From contig OX597831.1 in NCBI GenBank assembly GCA_951406725.2, forward strand, positions 75,206,001 through 75,270,000: 64,000 bases of DNA. Direction: 5' to 3'. Shown here piece by piece: positions 38,966-51,986 of the stretch. The notes below the pieces were generated by a model, which was given only the letters and a program-made list of their open reading frames with translations, did not search any database and had not been told where the DNA came from. Numbering within the stretch: the first letter of the stretch is position 1; each line of letters begins with the position of its first letter. The position numbers and the translations under genes were made by a program. This stretch comes from Octopus vulgaris. Its lineage: Eukaryota.

Positions 38966-39420
38966 CAGTTCTGTATTTAAGAGATGAATTATTTACATTA
39001 TTTACATTTGATGGATATTTGTCCTCATTTTGTTTGTTATTAACACAACATTTCAGCTGATATACCCTCCAGCCTTCATCAGGTGTCTTGGGAAAATTTC
39101 GAACCTGGGTTCTCATTCCTAAGGTATTTTTTGATATTATTATTATTTAGGTCACTGCCTGGAATCAAACTCAGAATCTTGGGATTAGTAGCCCATGGGC
39201 ATATGGTGTAGTGGTTAAGAGTGCGGGCTAACTCTAAGATTCCGAGTTAGATTCCAGGCAGCGACCTGAATAATAATAATATCGAAATATATCTTACGAA
39301 TGAGAACCCAGGTTCGAAATTTCCCCAAGACACCTGAAGTAGGCTGGAGGGTATATCAGCCGAAACGTGTTAACAACAAACAAGATGAGGACAGATATCC
39401 GTCAGATGTAAATAATGTAC
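38966..39420. mobile_element. Head-to-head pair of tRNA-headed SINEs, each carrying a minimal hammerhead motif
   Basis: Minus copy 38966-39195 (hammerhead 39042-39087). Plus copy 39196-39420 (A box tggtgtagtgg, B box gagttagattcc, mutated hammerhead at ~39329-39371). Confidence 0.8.
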
Positions 39421-39512
39421 AGATTTATTACTTTTTTCTTCCACTTGTATTATATATTTTAAAAATTTTTTCTTCTGTTCATGTATTTATTTATTTCCAA
39501 TTTTTCTTGCAG

Positions 39513-39604
39513 GGAGTGACATTGACACTTTAGATGGTTACACAGAATTCACCGAGAACAGTGTCTGCACGTTGTATACTTCCAGAAATTGTGCTAAATA
39601 TTGA
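39513..39604 (+). CDS. Uncharacterised protein, terminal exon 5 ([G]SDIDTLDGYTEFTENSVCTLYTSRNCAKY*)
   Basis: tttttcttgcag acceptor with matching phase and a TGA at 39602-39604. The total CDS is 579 nt, or 192 aa. Confidence 0.9.
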
Positions 39605-39707
39605 TATTCTAGTAACCAGTGGTGTTTATATGAACGTGTTTAAACACTCACTCACACCTATATACGTGTGTGTGTGTGCATATCTATAATATACATAATG
39701 TGAGATT

Positions 39708-39811
39708 AATAAATGTATACATACATATATATGTATATGTATATATGATTTTTATCTATGAGTTTTTTTTACAAAGAATCCTGTATGTATGTCGAAAATA
39801 AAAGCAATAAA
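39708..39811 (+). terminator. Candidate polyadenylation signals (AATAAA at 39708, 39797, 39806)
   Basis: AATAAA hexamers 100-200 nt after the stop codon, followed by a GT/T-rich tract. Confidence 0.55.
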
Positions 39812-40562
39812 GTATTTGTATGTTATTTTATAAAGTTTGTTTTGTTTAATGAAATTAATTTGATTTGAATACAAAGTTGTATTCAAATTCTGTTCTCGAT
39901 TTCCCCAAGACACCTGATGAAAACTGGAGGCTATATCAGCTGAAATGTTGTGTTAACATACGTATATGTATATATGATTTTTTTTCTATGAGTTTTTTTA
40001 CAAAGAATCAGAATTTGCTTTATTACCGGTCTTGAGTTCAATTGAGACCTTGAGCAAGTGTCTTCTACAGCAGCTTTGAGCTAACCAAAACTTAACGAAT
40101 GGAATTGGTAGACAGAAACTGAAAGTATCCAATTGTGTGTAATCATCACCTTTGTTTTGTAAGGTCCACTGTTCCCTGCCTGCATGGGTCAGGCAGAGTT
40201 ACTTAGACTAGATTTTCTATGGCTGGGTGCCCTTCCTGCGGCTAACCCTTACCTGTTTCTGAACACAGCAATACACGCACACACACCATGGCCAGACAGA
40301 TGGTTGGAAATGAACGACACTGCTTGTATGACAGTGAAACTCATTTACGACAATCATGTGATGTCAACTGAAGGAGATACAAACGTACTACCCATACAAG
40401 GTGGCCCCTTCTTTCAGTTTCCATCAATGAAATCCACTTGCAAAGCTTTGGTTGGCCTGTGGCTATAGTGGAAGACACTTGACTGAGGTGTCATGCAGTG
40501 GGACTGAACCTAGAACCATGTGATTGGGAAGCAACCATCTTAATCCCACAGCCAGTGCATAT

Positions 40563-40960
40563 ACTCTCTTTACTCTTTTACTTGTTTCAGTCATTTGACT
40601 GCGGCCATGCTGGAGCACCGCCTTTAATCGAGCAACTCGACCCCAGGACTTATTCTTTGTAAGCCCAGTACTTATTCTATTGGTCTATTTTGCCGAACCG
40701 CTAAGTGACAGGGACATAAACACACCAGCATCGGTTGTCAAGCAATGCTAGGGGGACAAACACAAACATACACGCACACACATATATACATATATACGAC
40801 AGGCTTCTTTCAGTTTCCGTCTACCAAATCCACTCACAAGGCTTTGGTCGGCCCGAGGCTATAGTAGAAGACACTTGCCCAAGATGCCACGCAGTGGGAC
40901 TGAACCCAGAACCATGTGGTTGGTTAGTAAGCTACTTACCACACAGCCACTCCTGCGCCT
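40563..40960 (-). mobile_element. SINE family A
   Basis: Family A consensus. Confidence 0.9.
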
Positions 40961-41728
40961 ATGTTAATAAGCACTGTGCATCACTTGTCCCATCAGGGCC
41001 TTGACTGGTTCTGCCCTTTCAAAGACACGACATTGAATATTCCTTCTTCGAAAACAAGGGTCAGGTAAGTGTTGGCAGCTGGAAGAGCATCCAATCATAA
41101 AACAATGCCTTAATATATACTGACATGGGAAAAATGGATGTAAAAACAAATTGATATATTTGTCTGTGTGTTTTTATGTGACTATATTCTGTGTCCTCAC
41201 ATAAGTGTTGGAAGAGAAGTCTGATGTTGTTTGGACATTCATTATCATCATCATCATCATCATTTAACATCCATTCTCCATGCTGGCTAGGGTCAGGTGA
41301 TTTGACAGAAGCTGGCAAGGCCAGGAGCCACACCAGATTCCACAGTCTTTTGGTTTGGTTTTTAAAGCTGGATGCCCCCCCCCCCTTCTGATGCCAACTA
41401 TTTTACAGAGTGTACTGGGTGCCTTTTACATGGCACCAGCACCATTGCTTTTTACATGGCCCCTGTACCAGTGCTTTGTATAGCACCAGCTAGTTACTTA
41501 TTCAAATCTACTAAAAGCAGACCTTGTTCTTACAGTTTATACCATGTAATGCTGATGAGGACCCAATAACACTGAAACACGTCCAAAGTTGTCTTGCTAA
41601 ACCTGACACATGCTCTTTACGACATATTCACGAAATTAGTCTTAATTAAAATTTCAGAGTTATCTCCCCTGCATTTCTTGAATTCGTTTGGTCAGAAAAT
41701 GACTTATTAAACCGGATATAATTTTAAT

Positions 41729-42134
41729 ACTCTCTTTTACTTGTTTCAGTCATTTGACTGCGGCCATGCTGGAGCAGCGCCTTTAATCGAGCAACTTGAC
41801 CCCGGGACTTATTCTTTTGTAAGCCCAGTACTTATTGTATCGGTCTCTTTTGCCAAACCGCTAAGTAACGGGGACATAAACACACCAGCATCGGTTGTCA
41901 AGCAATGCTAGGGGGACAAACACAGACACACAAACACACACACGCATATATATATACATATACATATATACGACGGGCTTCTTTCAGTTTCCGTCTATCA
42001 AATCCACTCACAAGGCTTTGGTCGGCCCGAGGCTATAGTGGAAGACACTTGCCCAAGGTGCCGCGCAGTGGGACTGAACCCGGAACCATGTGGTTGGTAA
42101 ACAAGCTACTTACCACACAACCACTCCTGCGCCT
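41729..42134 (-). mobile_element. SINE family A
   Basis: Family A consensus. Confidence 0.9.
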
Positions 42135-42844
42135 ATATGAATTAAAGAGTTTATTAACAGGTTACATTAATTATGCTAATGCTCATTTTATTATAAATTT
42201 GCATTTGTTCCCTTACCACCCGTGTACCCATGGCTTTAATGGGAAATTGATTGTTATGCAGGATTTAAAAGGCCAAGATATAGCTGTGTGGTTAAGAAGT
42301 TCAGTAACCAACCGCATGGTTTTCGGTTCAGTCCCACTTTGTGGCACCTTGGGCAAGTATCATCTGTTATAGCCCTAAACCAACCAAAGCCTTGTAAGTG
42401 GATTTAGTGGATGGAAACTGAAAGAAGCCCATCACTTTTTTATATATCTGTGCCACATAAGGCAGTGAGCTGGCAGAATTGTTGGCACGGTGGGCAGGAT
42501 ACTTAGAGGCAGTTCATCCAGCTTTACGTTCTGAGTTCAAATACCACCGATGCCAACTTTGTCTTTCATCCTTTCAGGGTCGATGAAAACGAGTACCAGT
42601 TATACATTGAGGTCAATGTAGTTGACTAGTTCACTTCCTGCTAAATTTCAGGCCTTGTGCCTATGGAGGAAAGGATATATCTGTGTCACTTAAAAAGCAC
42701 CCTGTACACTCTAAAGAGGTCAATGTCAGGAAGAGCATCCAGCCATAGAAACCACACCAAATCAGATAATTGGAGCCCTGTGCAGCCCTTCAGTCTTGCC
42801 AGCTCTTGTCAAACCATCCAACCCATGCCAGCATGATGCCCAGG

Positions 42845-43361
42845 ATATCAATCGTCTGGAAGCCGTTCAGTGACGTGCAACCAAAAGAATACCTTCCATC
42901 AGGCATTTGCCATATTCTGAACGCCTTACTTCCCTGGGCATGGACACATTGAAACTCCAACGTCTGGCAGCTGACTTGGCAGACACCCATAAAATTATTG
43001 ACCATCTTACTAACAATAACTCTGAGCACCTTTTCAAACTCGTGGACATATTTACAAAGTCAGAAAACAGCACAGCTCCCATGACTTTAGGAAACATTTT
43101 TTCACGCTGAGAGTTGCTGAAGCATGGAACAAACTGCCGGCATCAGTTGTTAGTTGTCGGAGCACTGCATCCTTCAAAACTTCCATGCTTTCTGAGATTC
43201 GCCAACACTACACCTGATTTCCTCCCCTCCATACACACACAAGCATGTATCTGACTCATGCATTGTTCGCTTTCCAGACATTTCTACATTACTGCATATA
43301 CTTTATACGCACTTTTGACAAGTTGTGGTGCACCTGAGCACTGTATACAATAATTTCGTTA
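42845..43361 (+). mobile_element. CR1-like LINE 3' fragment
   Basis: PYSERLTSLGMDTLKL...RKHFFTLRVAEAWNKLP and the shared 3'UTR. Confidence 0.88.
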
Positions 43362-44129
43362 TATATATGAAAAACGGACGTTAAATGATGGTGATGGTTT
43401 GCAGGTGTGTTGTTTTGACACTGAGAGATAGTTGCAAGCGTTGTCATACAAGCAATGTTATGTGTTTGCACCATATGTTTAGATTTCATACAGATATGAG
43501 GGAGAGATTGGGTGGGGGGTGTTTCCTTGCCTCAGCATTAATTAATAGTTGTGAGTATCAATATCATACAAGTGGTGTCGTATGTTTCTAGTTTCCCATG
43601 ACCAAGGGGAAATATTACCTTATTTGGAAATAGGTGAGGATTAGGGACAGGAAGGGCATACAACTGAAGAACATCTGCCTCAACAAATTCAATCTGATTC
43701 AAGAAAGCATGGAAAAGTGAATATTAAAACAATGATGATGATGATGATGATGCCAACCCTCACCTGTTTTTTTTTTTGTTTTTTGCAGGTAAGGAATCGT
43801 TATATTCCACAGGTATTTGAAAGCATACAGTGATTGGCCATACTGTTAACAAGGAATATCAACATCATCACAGATGTCAGGCTTCGTGCAGTTTCCATTG
43901 ACCAAATCCACTGACACAGAACATATCACGATGTCACAGTATTGATAGGACAATCAGATGTTTGTTATACATCACTGGTCACAATGCACTTTCCATCATT
44001 TTAGCTTTCAAATGATGCCACCTTGCTGGTTTGAGCAAGCAGGTCAGCATTCTCCCTGATCATGGGGCTATTCTGTCACAGAGTAACCCATTTACAGCTG
44101 AGTGGACTGGGGCAATGTCAGATGAAGTA

Positions 44130-44508
44130 CATTATTTACAATTGATTGACAGATGTCCTCATCTTGTTTGTTGTTATCACAACTTTCCAGCTGATGTATT
44201 CTCCAGCCTTCATCAGGTGTTCTGATGGAATTTCAAACCCAACCCTTTACTTGACTACTGGGGTCCACTGTTCCCATTCCTAAGGTATGTTGTTGGTGCT
44301 GTTTTTCTGCTACTATTATTTTTCAAGTCCCTGACTGGGATTGAACTCAGAATCCAAGGGTTAGTAGCCCACACTCTTATCCACCAGAACACCTGATGAA
44401 GGCTGGAGAGTATATCAGTCCGAAACATTGTGATAACAACAAACAAGATGAGGACATCCATCCGTCAACTGTAAATGATTTACATAACTCATCCTAAAAA
44501 TATAGAAT
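44130..44508. mobile_element. Second inverted pair of the hammerhead-SINE family
   Basis: Minus copy 44130-44385. The plus partial copy begins just before the hammerhead cac-CTGATGA-aggctg...cagtcc-GAAACATT-gtg (44388-44434). Confidence 0.75.
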
Positions 44509-45241
44509 AGTGAAATGAAGTGTTTCGCACATGAACACAATGCCCCACCCAGACCAGGAATCGAACCCATGACCCATCAACCGTGTGTGCAATATTCTAG
44601 CTGGCAGAAACGTTTGCATGCCGGGCGAAATGCGTAGCCGTATTTCGTCTGTCGTTACATTCCGAGTTCAAATTCCGCAGAGGTCGACTTTGCCTTTCAT
44701 CCTCTCGGGGTCGATAACTTAAGTACCAGTTACGCACTGGGGTCGATATAATCGACTTAATCCCTTTGTCTGTCCTTGTTTGTCCCCTCCGTGTTTAGCT
44801 ACTTGTGGGTTGTAAAGAAATAGGTATTCTAACCACTAGGCCACACACACACACACACATGTAGCAGAAATAAAAACGAACAAGGCAGTCACATGATGTA
44901 ATCAAAAGAACAATTTTCAAGCAACTTAGAGATTCATAACATGTTTCGTTTCTTCTTTTGATATAAGATGAAAATAATTAAATCAAATAAGTGAGAGAGA
45001 GAGAGAGAGAGAGGAAAGAGAAGCGGCATTTTTGTAGTTTGCAATATATATGGGTCTTATACAATGAGAAAAAAGAGCAAGAATGGCAACAGCAGCAACA
45101 ACAATATAATTGATAATAAAAAGGGGAGCAGAAATATTGCTTAAAACATTGATGGCCAAATGGAGATGAAAAGATTAAAAAAACACCAAAAAAAAACAAA
45201 AGAGAAAATAAATGCAATATTAACACTAATTTCAAAGGTTA

Positions 45242-45640
45242 ATCATCATCATCATCATCATCGTTTAACGTCCGCTTTCCATGCTAGCATGGGTTGGACG
45301 GTTCAACTGGGGTCTGGGAAGCCAGAAGGCTGCCCCAAGGCCCAGTCTGATCTGGCGGTGTTTCTACAGCTGGATGCCCTTCCTAACGCCAACCACTCCG
45401 CGAGTGTAGTGGGTGCTTTTTACGTGCCACCGACACAGGTGCCAGACGAGGCTGGCAAACGGCCACACTCGGATGGTGCTTTTTACGTACCACCGGCACA
45501 GGTGCCAGATGATGCTGGCAAACAGCCACGATCGGATGGTGCTTTTTTAAGTGCCACCGGCACGGAGGCCAGGCGAGGCTGGTACGGCCATGATCAGATG
45601 GTGTTTGTTACGTGCCACCAGCACGGAGGCCAGTCGATGC
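45242..45640 (-). mobile_element. RTE LINE 3'-end fragment (others near 18607, 24355, 30350, 46727, 48535, 49990)
   Basis: catcatcgtttaacgtccg... matches the 3'UTR of the 690-2600 LINE. Confidence 0.85.
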
Positions 45641-45880
45641 AATAATAATAATAATGATGGTGGTGGTGGTGATAATCCTTTCTACTAAAGGTACAAGGAC
45701 TGAAATTGGTGGGCAGAAATTAGTTGATTACATTAACCCCAGTAATCAACAGGTGTTTTATTGATCCCAAAGTTATGAACAGTAAAGTCGACCTCAGCAG
45801 AAATTGAACTCAGAACATAGTCGGATGAAATGGTGCTAAACATTTTACCCAGCCCGCTAATGATTCTACCAGCTTGCTGT

Positions 45881-46290
45881 TCTCTTTACTCTTTTACTTG
45901 TTTCAGTCATTTGACTGCGGCCATGCTGGAGCACCGCCTTTAGTTGAGCAAATCAACCCCGGGACTTATTCTTTGTAAGCCCAGTACTTATTCTATCGGT
46001 CTCTTTTGCCAAACCACTAAGTGATGGGGACGTAAACACACCAGCATTCAGTTGTCAAGCAATACTAGGGGGACAAACACAGACACACAAACATATACAC
46101 ACACACTTATATATATATATATACATATATACGACAGGCTTCTTTCAGTTTCCGTCTACCAAATCCACTCACAAGGCATTGGTCGGCCCGGGGCTATAGC
46201 AGAAGACACTTGCCCAAGATGCCACGCAGTGGGACTGAACCCGGAACCATGTGGTTGGTTAGCAAGCTACTTACCACACAGCCACTCCTG
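45881..46290 (-). mobile_element. SINE family A
   Basis: Family A consensus. Confidence 0.9.
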
Positions 46291-46327
46291 CTGCCTTGAG
46301 ATAATAATAATAATAATAACAACAACA

Positions 46328-46688
46328 ACAAGAACACCCAGAGAGTGTAAATCTCTACCAAGGCAACACTAATGTCCTCTCAACAATTAACTGGAGATGA
46401 TTTTTAAAATGAGAATATCTCGAATAAACTCGACTGCTCTCACAAACGAGAATATTAAAAATGAACCTGACTGCTCTCAAGAATTAAGTAAAAAATACAA
46501 TGGGAAAATAATGCAGAATTCTTGCTTTGTACTGGATTGATCCCAAAATCAAATCAGTTTGTTAGACACGAGACGAAACATCCCTGAAAGTTTCATCTGA
46601 ATCCATCCTGCGGTTCTTGAGATATCTTCTCCATGGTCAAACAAACAAACACGACTGAAAACAATACCTGCACCTTCACTAAGGCAGA

Positions 46689-46696
<8 letters not shown>
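46328..46696. mobile_element. Helentron-associated non-autonomous element (HINE/DINE-like)
   Basis: Subterminal inverted repeat (ctctacc-aagg / aaggcagagg), an (acaa)n microsatellite, a terminal hairpin and A/T-run ends. Confidence 0.62.
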
Positions 46697-46727
<31 letters not shown>

Positions 46728-48367
46728 CATCATCATCATCGTTTAACGTCCACTTTCCATGCTGGCATGGGTTGGATGGTTCAACTGGGGTCTGGGAAGC
46801 CAGGAGGCTGCGCCAAGCCCAGTCTGATCTGGCAGTGTTTCTATGGCTGGATGCCCTTCCTAACACCAACCACTCCGTGAGTGTAGTGGGTGCTTTTTAC
46901 GTGCCACCGGCACAGGTGCCAGACGGGGCTGGCAAACGGCCACGATCGGATGGTGCTTTTTACGTGCGACCAGCACGGGGACCAGACGAAGCTGGCAACG
47001 GCCACGGTCGGATGGTGCTTTTTAAATAATAATAATAATAATAATAATAAAGAAAATAATAATAATAATAATAATAATAGTAATAATAATAATAATAAAG
47101 AAAATAATAATAATAATAATAATAATAATAAAGAAAATAAGAATAATATTGTGATAATATTTATTTAATTATTATTTTGTCAGCTGATAAGTCGTATGTA
47201 TATATATGTATATATATATATATATGTATATATGGCTATGTTGTGATGTGTCTGTTCTTTGACAGAAAGGCAAAAAAAAATAAAATACAGGTGTTAAGAC
47301 ATGAATATATTTAAAATAAAATAATAAAGAAATAAAGAAATGTCTGTTCAGTCAGTTGACATAAACGTTTCTGGAGGTCTTCTTTCTGGTGTAAACTGCT
47401 GCATCATATATTTCGTATTAGATTACATAGATTTATATTATGTTGTATATGTTACACAAAAACTTCTGTATGTTTGAACAGGTCCGTAAGCTGAGGTGGG
47501 GGAACAGTAATTGTAACACTGCCAGCAGAGCTTGTCTTCTTTGGAATGCAGAAGATATTTACAGTTTTCGACGTAACCCTGACCATTCCTTTCCGTATTT
47601 TTCTAATGAAGTTTGTTTTCTGAAAAACCTGAACTAACTTCTCTATGTAGCTTACAAACTTATTGAAATTCTCAAATGTTATCAAACGATTTTGGCTGTT
47701 AAATACCAAAAAACATCTCTTGTAATCTCAGGTTTTGATTGTTATTCATTATACGACACACACCTTGTAAGAACAGTTGAGCTGAAGGATTAAGAAGTTC
47801 GCTTTGCAAACTTGAGGCCCCAGGTTCAATCCCCCTGTATGGCATTTTGCCCAAATGTAATTTTCTATGTGTCAGGTAAACACATAGCTTATGAGTAAAA
47901 TTGGGTTGACAGAAACTGCATGGAAGCCTGCAAGGTGAATTATACCTGGAATTCACAGAATACTCCCTTGTCCATTTAATGTTTCGTGCTGATTTTACCT
48001 GAGAATTACATGAAGAGTATACATGTCCATAGATTACTCAGCCATTTATGCATTAATTCACAAGCAGGTAACTCTGTTAAGATCAAACAACTGAATTCTC
48101 TTTGCTGAGTGATGCTGATCTGCTACTCAAACATAAGCCAACACAAGGTAAAAAGGTAAATGTCTTCATGACACCCAAAGATCTTATAATACATCAGAGG
48201 AAACTTAATGTGCCACCCAGTGTGACACCACTCCATGGCCATTTGCAAAGTAAACTGTGTGGAAAACACCCAAGACAGATTCCCAGTCAAAGGTTTGCCT
48301 CTCCTCAAGAAGGGCCCACAAAAGATCAAAAAGGTCATATGTGTTGGCTGTTCTTTATCCTTTAAGT

Positions 48368-48951
48368 CAGAGATTCCCAAACGTTTTCAGGTTGCTGCTC
48401 CCTAGACACTCAGGCCACATTCCTAACGCCCACCCTCATCCCAATTGCTACCATGAACATAGACCACTTTCTGCCACAAATTCAAGACAACTGCATTACA
48501 CGAATAAAACTTAATTTAATCAACCCATTATTTGGGGTTTTTTTTAACATCAGAGCATGATTGTTGCCAGGGCCACGGATTGGTGCCTGTGCAGGTAGCA
48601 CGTAAAAACACCTTTTGAGCATGGTCATTGGCAGAACCACCTGACTGGCCCTCATGCCAGTGGCAGGAAAAGCACCCACTACACTCTCGGAGTAGTTGGC
48701 GTTAAAAAGGGCACCCAGCTATAGAAATTTTGCCAGATTGGAGCCTGGTGCAGCCTTCTCGTTCGCCAGTCCTCAGTCAAACCATCCAACCCATGCCAGC
48801 ATGGAAAGTGGATGTTAAATGACGATGATGATGATGATGATCGCCCGCTCCCTTTTGGCCACCCCATTCTGATCCCACTTTTCTTCAATGTCTACCTGCA
48901 CCTTACCCCTGTGCCTAAGGGGGACAGTACCACCCACTTTGAGAACCACTG
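48368..48951. mobile_element. hAT-like MITE containing an RTE 3' end
   Basis: cagagattcccaaa / tttgagaaccactg termini with an exact 8-bp TSD ctttaagt. Confidence 0.8.
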
Positions 48952-49358
48952 CTTTAAGTCATGTAGCTAAAAGTAAATGGAGAAACCAATGACACATAAA
49001 AAGCATGCTTTTTATGTGGCACCAGCACCAGTGGGGTTGCCAAGTAACTTGCAAGACACAGACATCTTAGGTGAGAGACACACACACATATGCAAATACA
49101 CAAACATACACGGCTGGATAGGATATAGGGTGTCAGTCTCTCCCATGTAAATGGTTTCCAATGGAATGACAAATATTATTGAGTTTCTGAATGCTTGCTG
49201 AATTAGCAAGACAGGTGCAAGATGGCATATTGTGCAACCACACGACATGATGAAACACCAACAAGTGACATTGGAGCAAGGTGACACAGCAAGCTGTTAT
49301 GTATTCTCACAAGCAAAGGATGGATTCATTCTATACATGCATTTGTGGATGTGCATGT

Positions 49359-49409
<51 letters not shown>

Positions 49410-49456
49410 TACATTCACACTCTGATAATTAAACAACATATATACATACCAACGTG

Positions 49457-49765
49457 GGGTCGCAATGGCCCAGTGGTTAAGGCAGTGGACTCGTGGTTGT
49501 AGGATCGCAGTTGCAATTCCCAGACTGGGCGTTGTGAGTGTTTATTGAGCGAAAACACCTAAAGCCCCACGAGGCTCTGGCAGGGGGTGGTGGCGATCCC
49601 TGCTGTACTCTTTCACCACAACTTTCTCTCACTCTTTCTTCTGTTGGCCTGCTCGCTTAGCCAACGGGGTGGCATCACTTGAAGGCTAAAACAATGCAAA
49701 GCGCATTGTGACCAGCGATGTGTAGCTACATCTGATAGCCTGGTCGGTCACGGTGATTACGGTGA
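49457..49765 (+). mobile_element. tRNA-derived SINE family B
   Basis: Same head as 17236, with a tail shared with 10340-10644. Confidence 0.8.
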
Positions 49766-51986
49766 TATACATACCAACAAGAACTCACACATGCATACAC
49801 AATGGTATTCTTAGGCACACACCTAAACGCTCACAAAACACAAACACACACACACAAACTATATACATGGATGTGTCTGTGCATATGTGTGTGTATGAGT
49901 ATGTTTTTGTGAGTAAATGTGTAGGTAAATATATAAATATATGCAAAAACACACACATATATATATACAAACACACACACATATATATAATCATCATCAT
50001 CATCATCATTTAACGTCCGTTTTTCATGCCAGCATGGGTTGGACAGTTTCACCAGCACTAGCAAGCCAGAGAGCTGCACCAGGTTCCAGTTATTGGATTT
50101 GGCAAGGCTCCTACGGCTGGATGCTCTTGCTGAAGCCAACCGCTTTACAAAGTGTACTGCGTGCATTTTACATAGCACCATCACAGATGCTTTTTATGTG
50201 GCACCAGCACCAGTGGGGTTGCCAAGTAACTTGCAAGACACAGACATCTTAGGTGAGAGACACACACACATATGCAAATACACATACACATGTACACGTA
50301 CACCTATATGTAAATAAATGTGAATATGTATATATGTGTGTGTGTGTGCATGTATGTGCGCACACACACACACACACACACACACACTGGTGAAGGTGCA
50401 TGGCCTAGTGTTTAAAGCAACGGACTCACGGTCGAGGGATTGTGGGTTCGAATCTCAGACCAGGCGGTGTATGTGTTTATGAGCGAAACCCCTAAGCTCC
50501 ACGCAGCTCCGGCAGAAGGTAATGGCGAACTTCTGACTCTTTCGACACAACTTTCTCTCACTCTTTCCTCCTGCATCTTGCAGCTCACCTGCGACGGACC
50601 GGCGTCCCATCCAGGTGGGGAACCTATACGCCAAGGAAACCTGGAAACCGGCCCTTATAAACCAGGAATGGCTCGAGAAGGAACAAACACACACACTACA
50701 TACATTTTCAGCTACAATACAAGCAGGACAAACAGACAGATATTGCTATGCAGGCCATGTTAACATTTCTTTTGCACTGAATATCTTTTATCTACATCTG
50801 GGTTTTTTTAAAATTTATTTTCTTTTATTTATTTTACATTTTTGGTTTTAAAAAAAAATGAAAGAAAATAACTAAAGAATACATATTTACACAAGAATTT
50901 TTGTCAAAAGAAAAAAACCTTCTTTTCTTTTTTTGATTTTTGGGTTATTTTATTTTCTGCTAAAAAAATATGAGCTTTTCTTTTTTATTTTCAATCTACT
51001 TATATTCGTGTTTTATTATTTTTTTATTTTTCCCTTTTATTTCAGATTTTGTGATTATTTAGCAAGTATCGTTCTAAATTTTCAAAGGTTTGTGGGGAGG
51101 AGTGGGGGGAATAGAACTTTTTCCTAAATTTGTCATTATTTATTCTGTTTTCATTTTTTTTTTTCTTGTGAAACTTTTTAAAGTAAAAGTTGCAATAATG
51201 AATATTTAAATAAAAATAATAAAAAAACAAACTAAAATTTAAATATAGAAAATTAAGAACAAAAGACGATTGTTTCACTTTGTAATAATGCCGAAAGAAA
51301 TGGAATTGTGATGATGACAATGATGATGATGATGATGGTACAAGCGTATCACATTGAATTATTACAATTTTGGAGAAGATTAAGGCAAAGAAAAGGTGAA
51401 GAATTATAAGAAAAATTAAAAGAGGAAGAATTATCATGGAAATTAATAATAATAATCCTTTTTACTAAAGAGACAAGGCCTGAAATTTTGGGGGAAGGGA
51501 CTAGTTGATTACATCGACCCCAGTGTCCCACTGGTACTTAATTTATCGACCCCGAAAGGATGAAAGGCAAAGTCGACCCTCAGCGGAATTTGAACTCGGA
51601 ATGTGAAGATGGATGAAATACCGCTAAGCATTTCGTCCACCGTGCTAACGATTTCTGCCAGTTCGCCGCCTTAAAGAAATTGATAAAATAAGGATAACTA
51701 GAAATTCAAAGAGCAGCGCCATCTTGAATTTCTTGCAGAAAGGATGTTGCCTCAAATTATATTACTTATTTACACACACACACGCACGCATACGAACACA
51801 CACGCACACATGTACACACACACACACACATACATCCATACACACACACACGCGCACGCACACATGCACACACACACACATTCATCCATACACACACACA
51901 TATACATCCATCCACACACACACACACACACATCCATCCATACACACACACACACACATCCATACACACACGCACACACACACATA

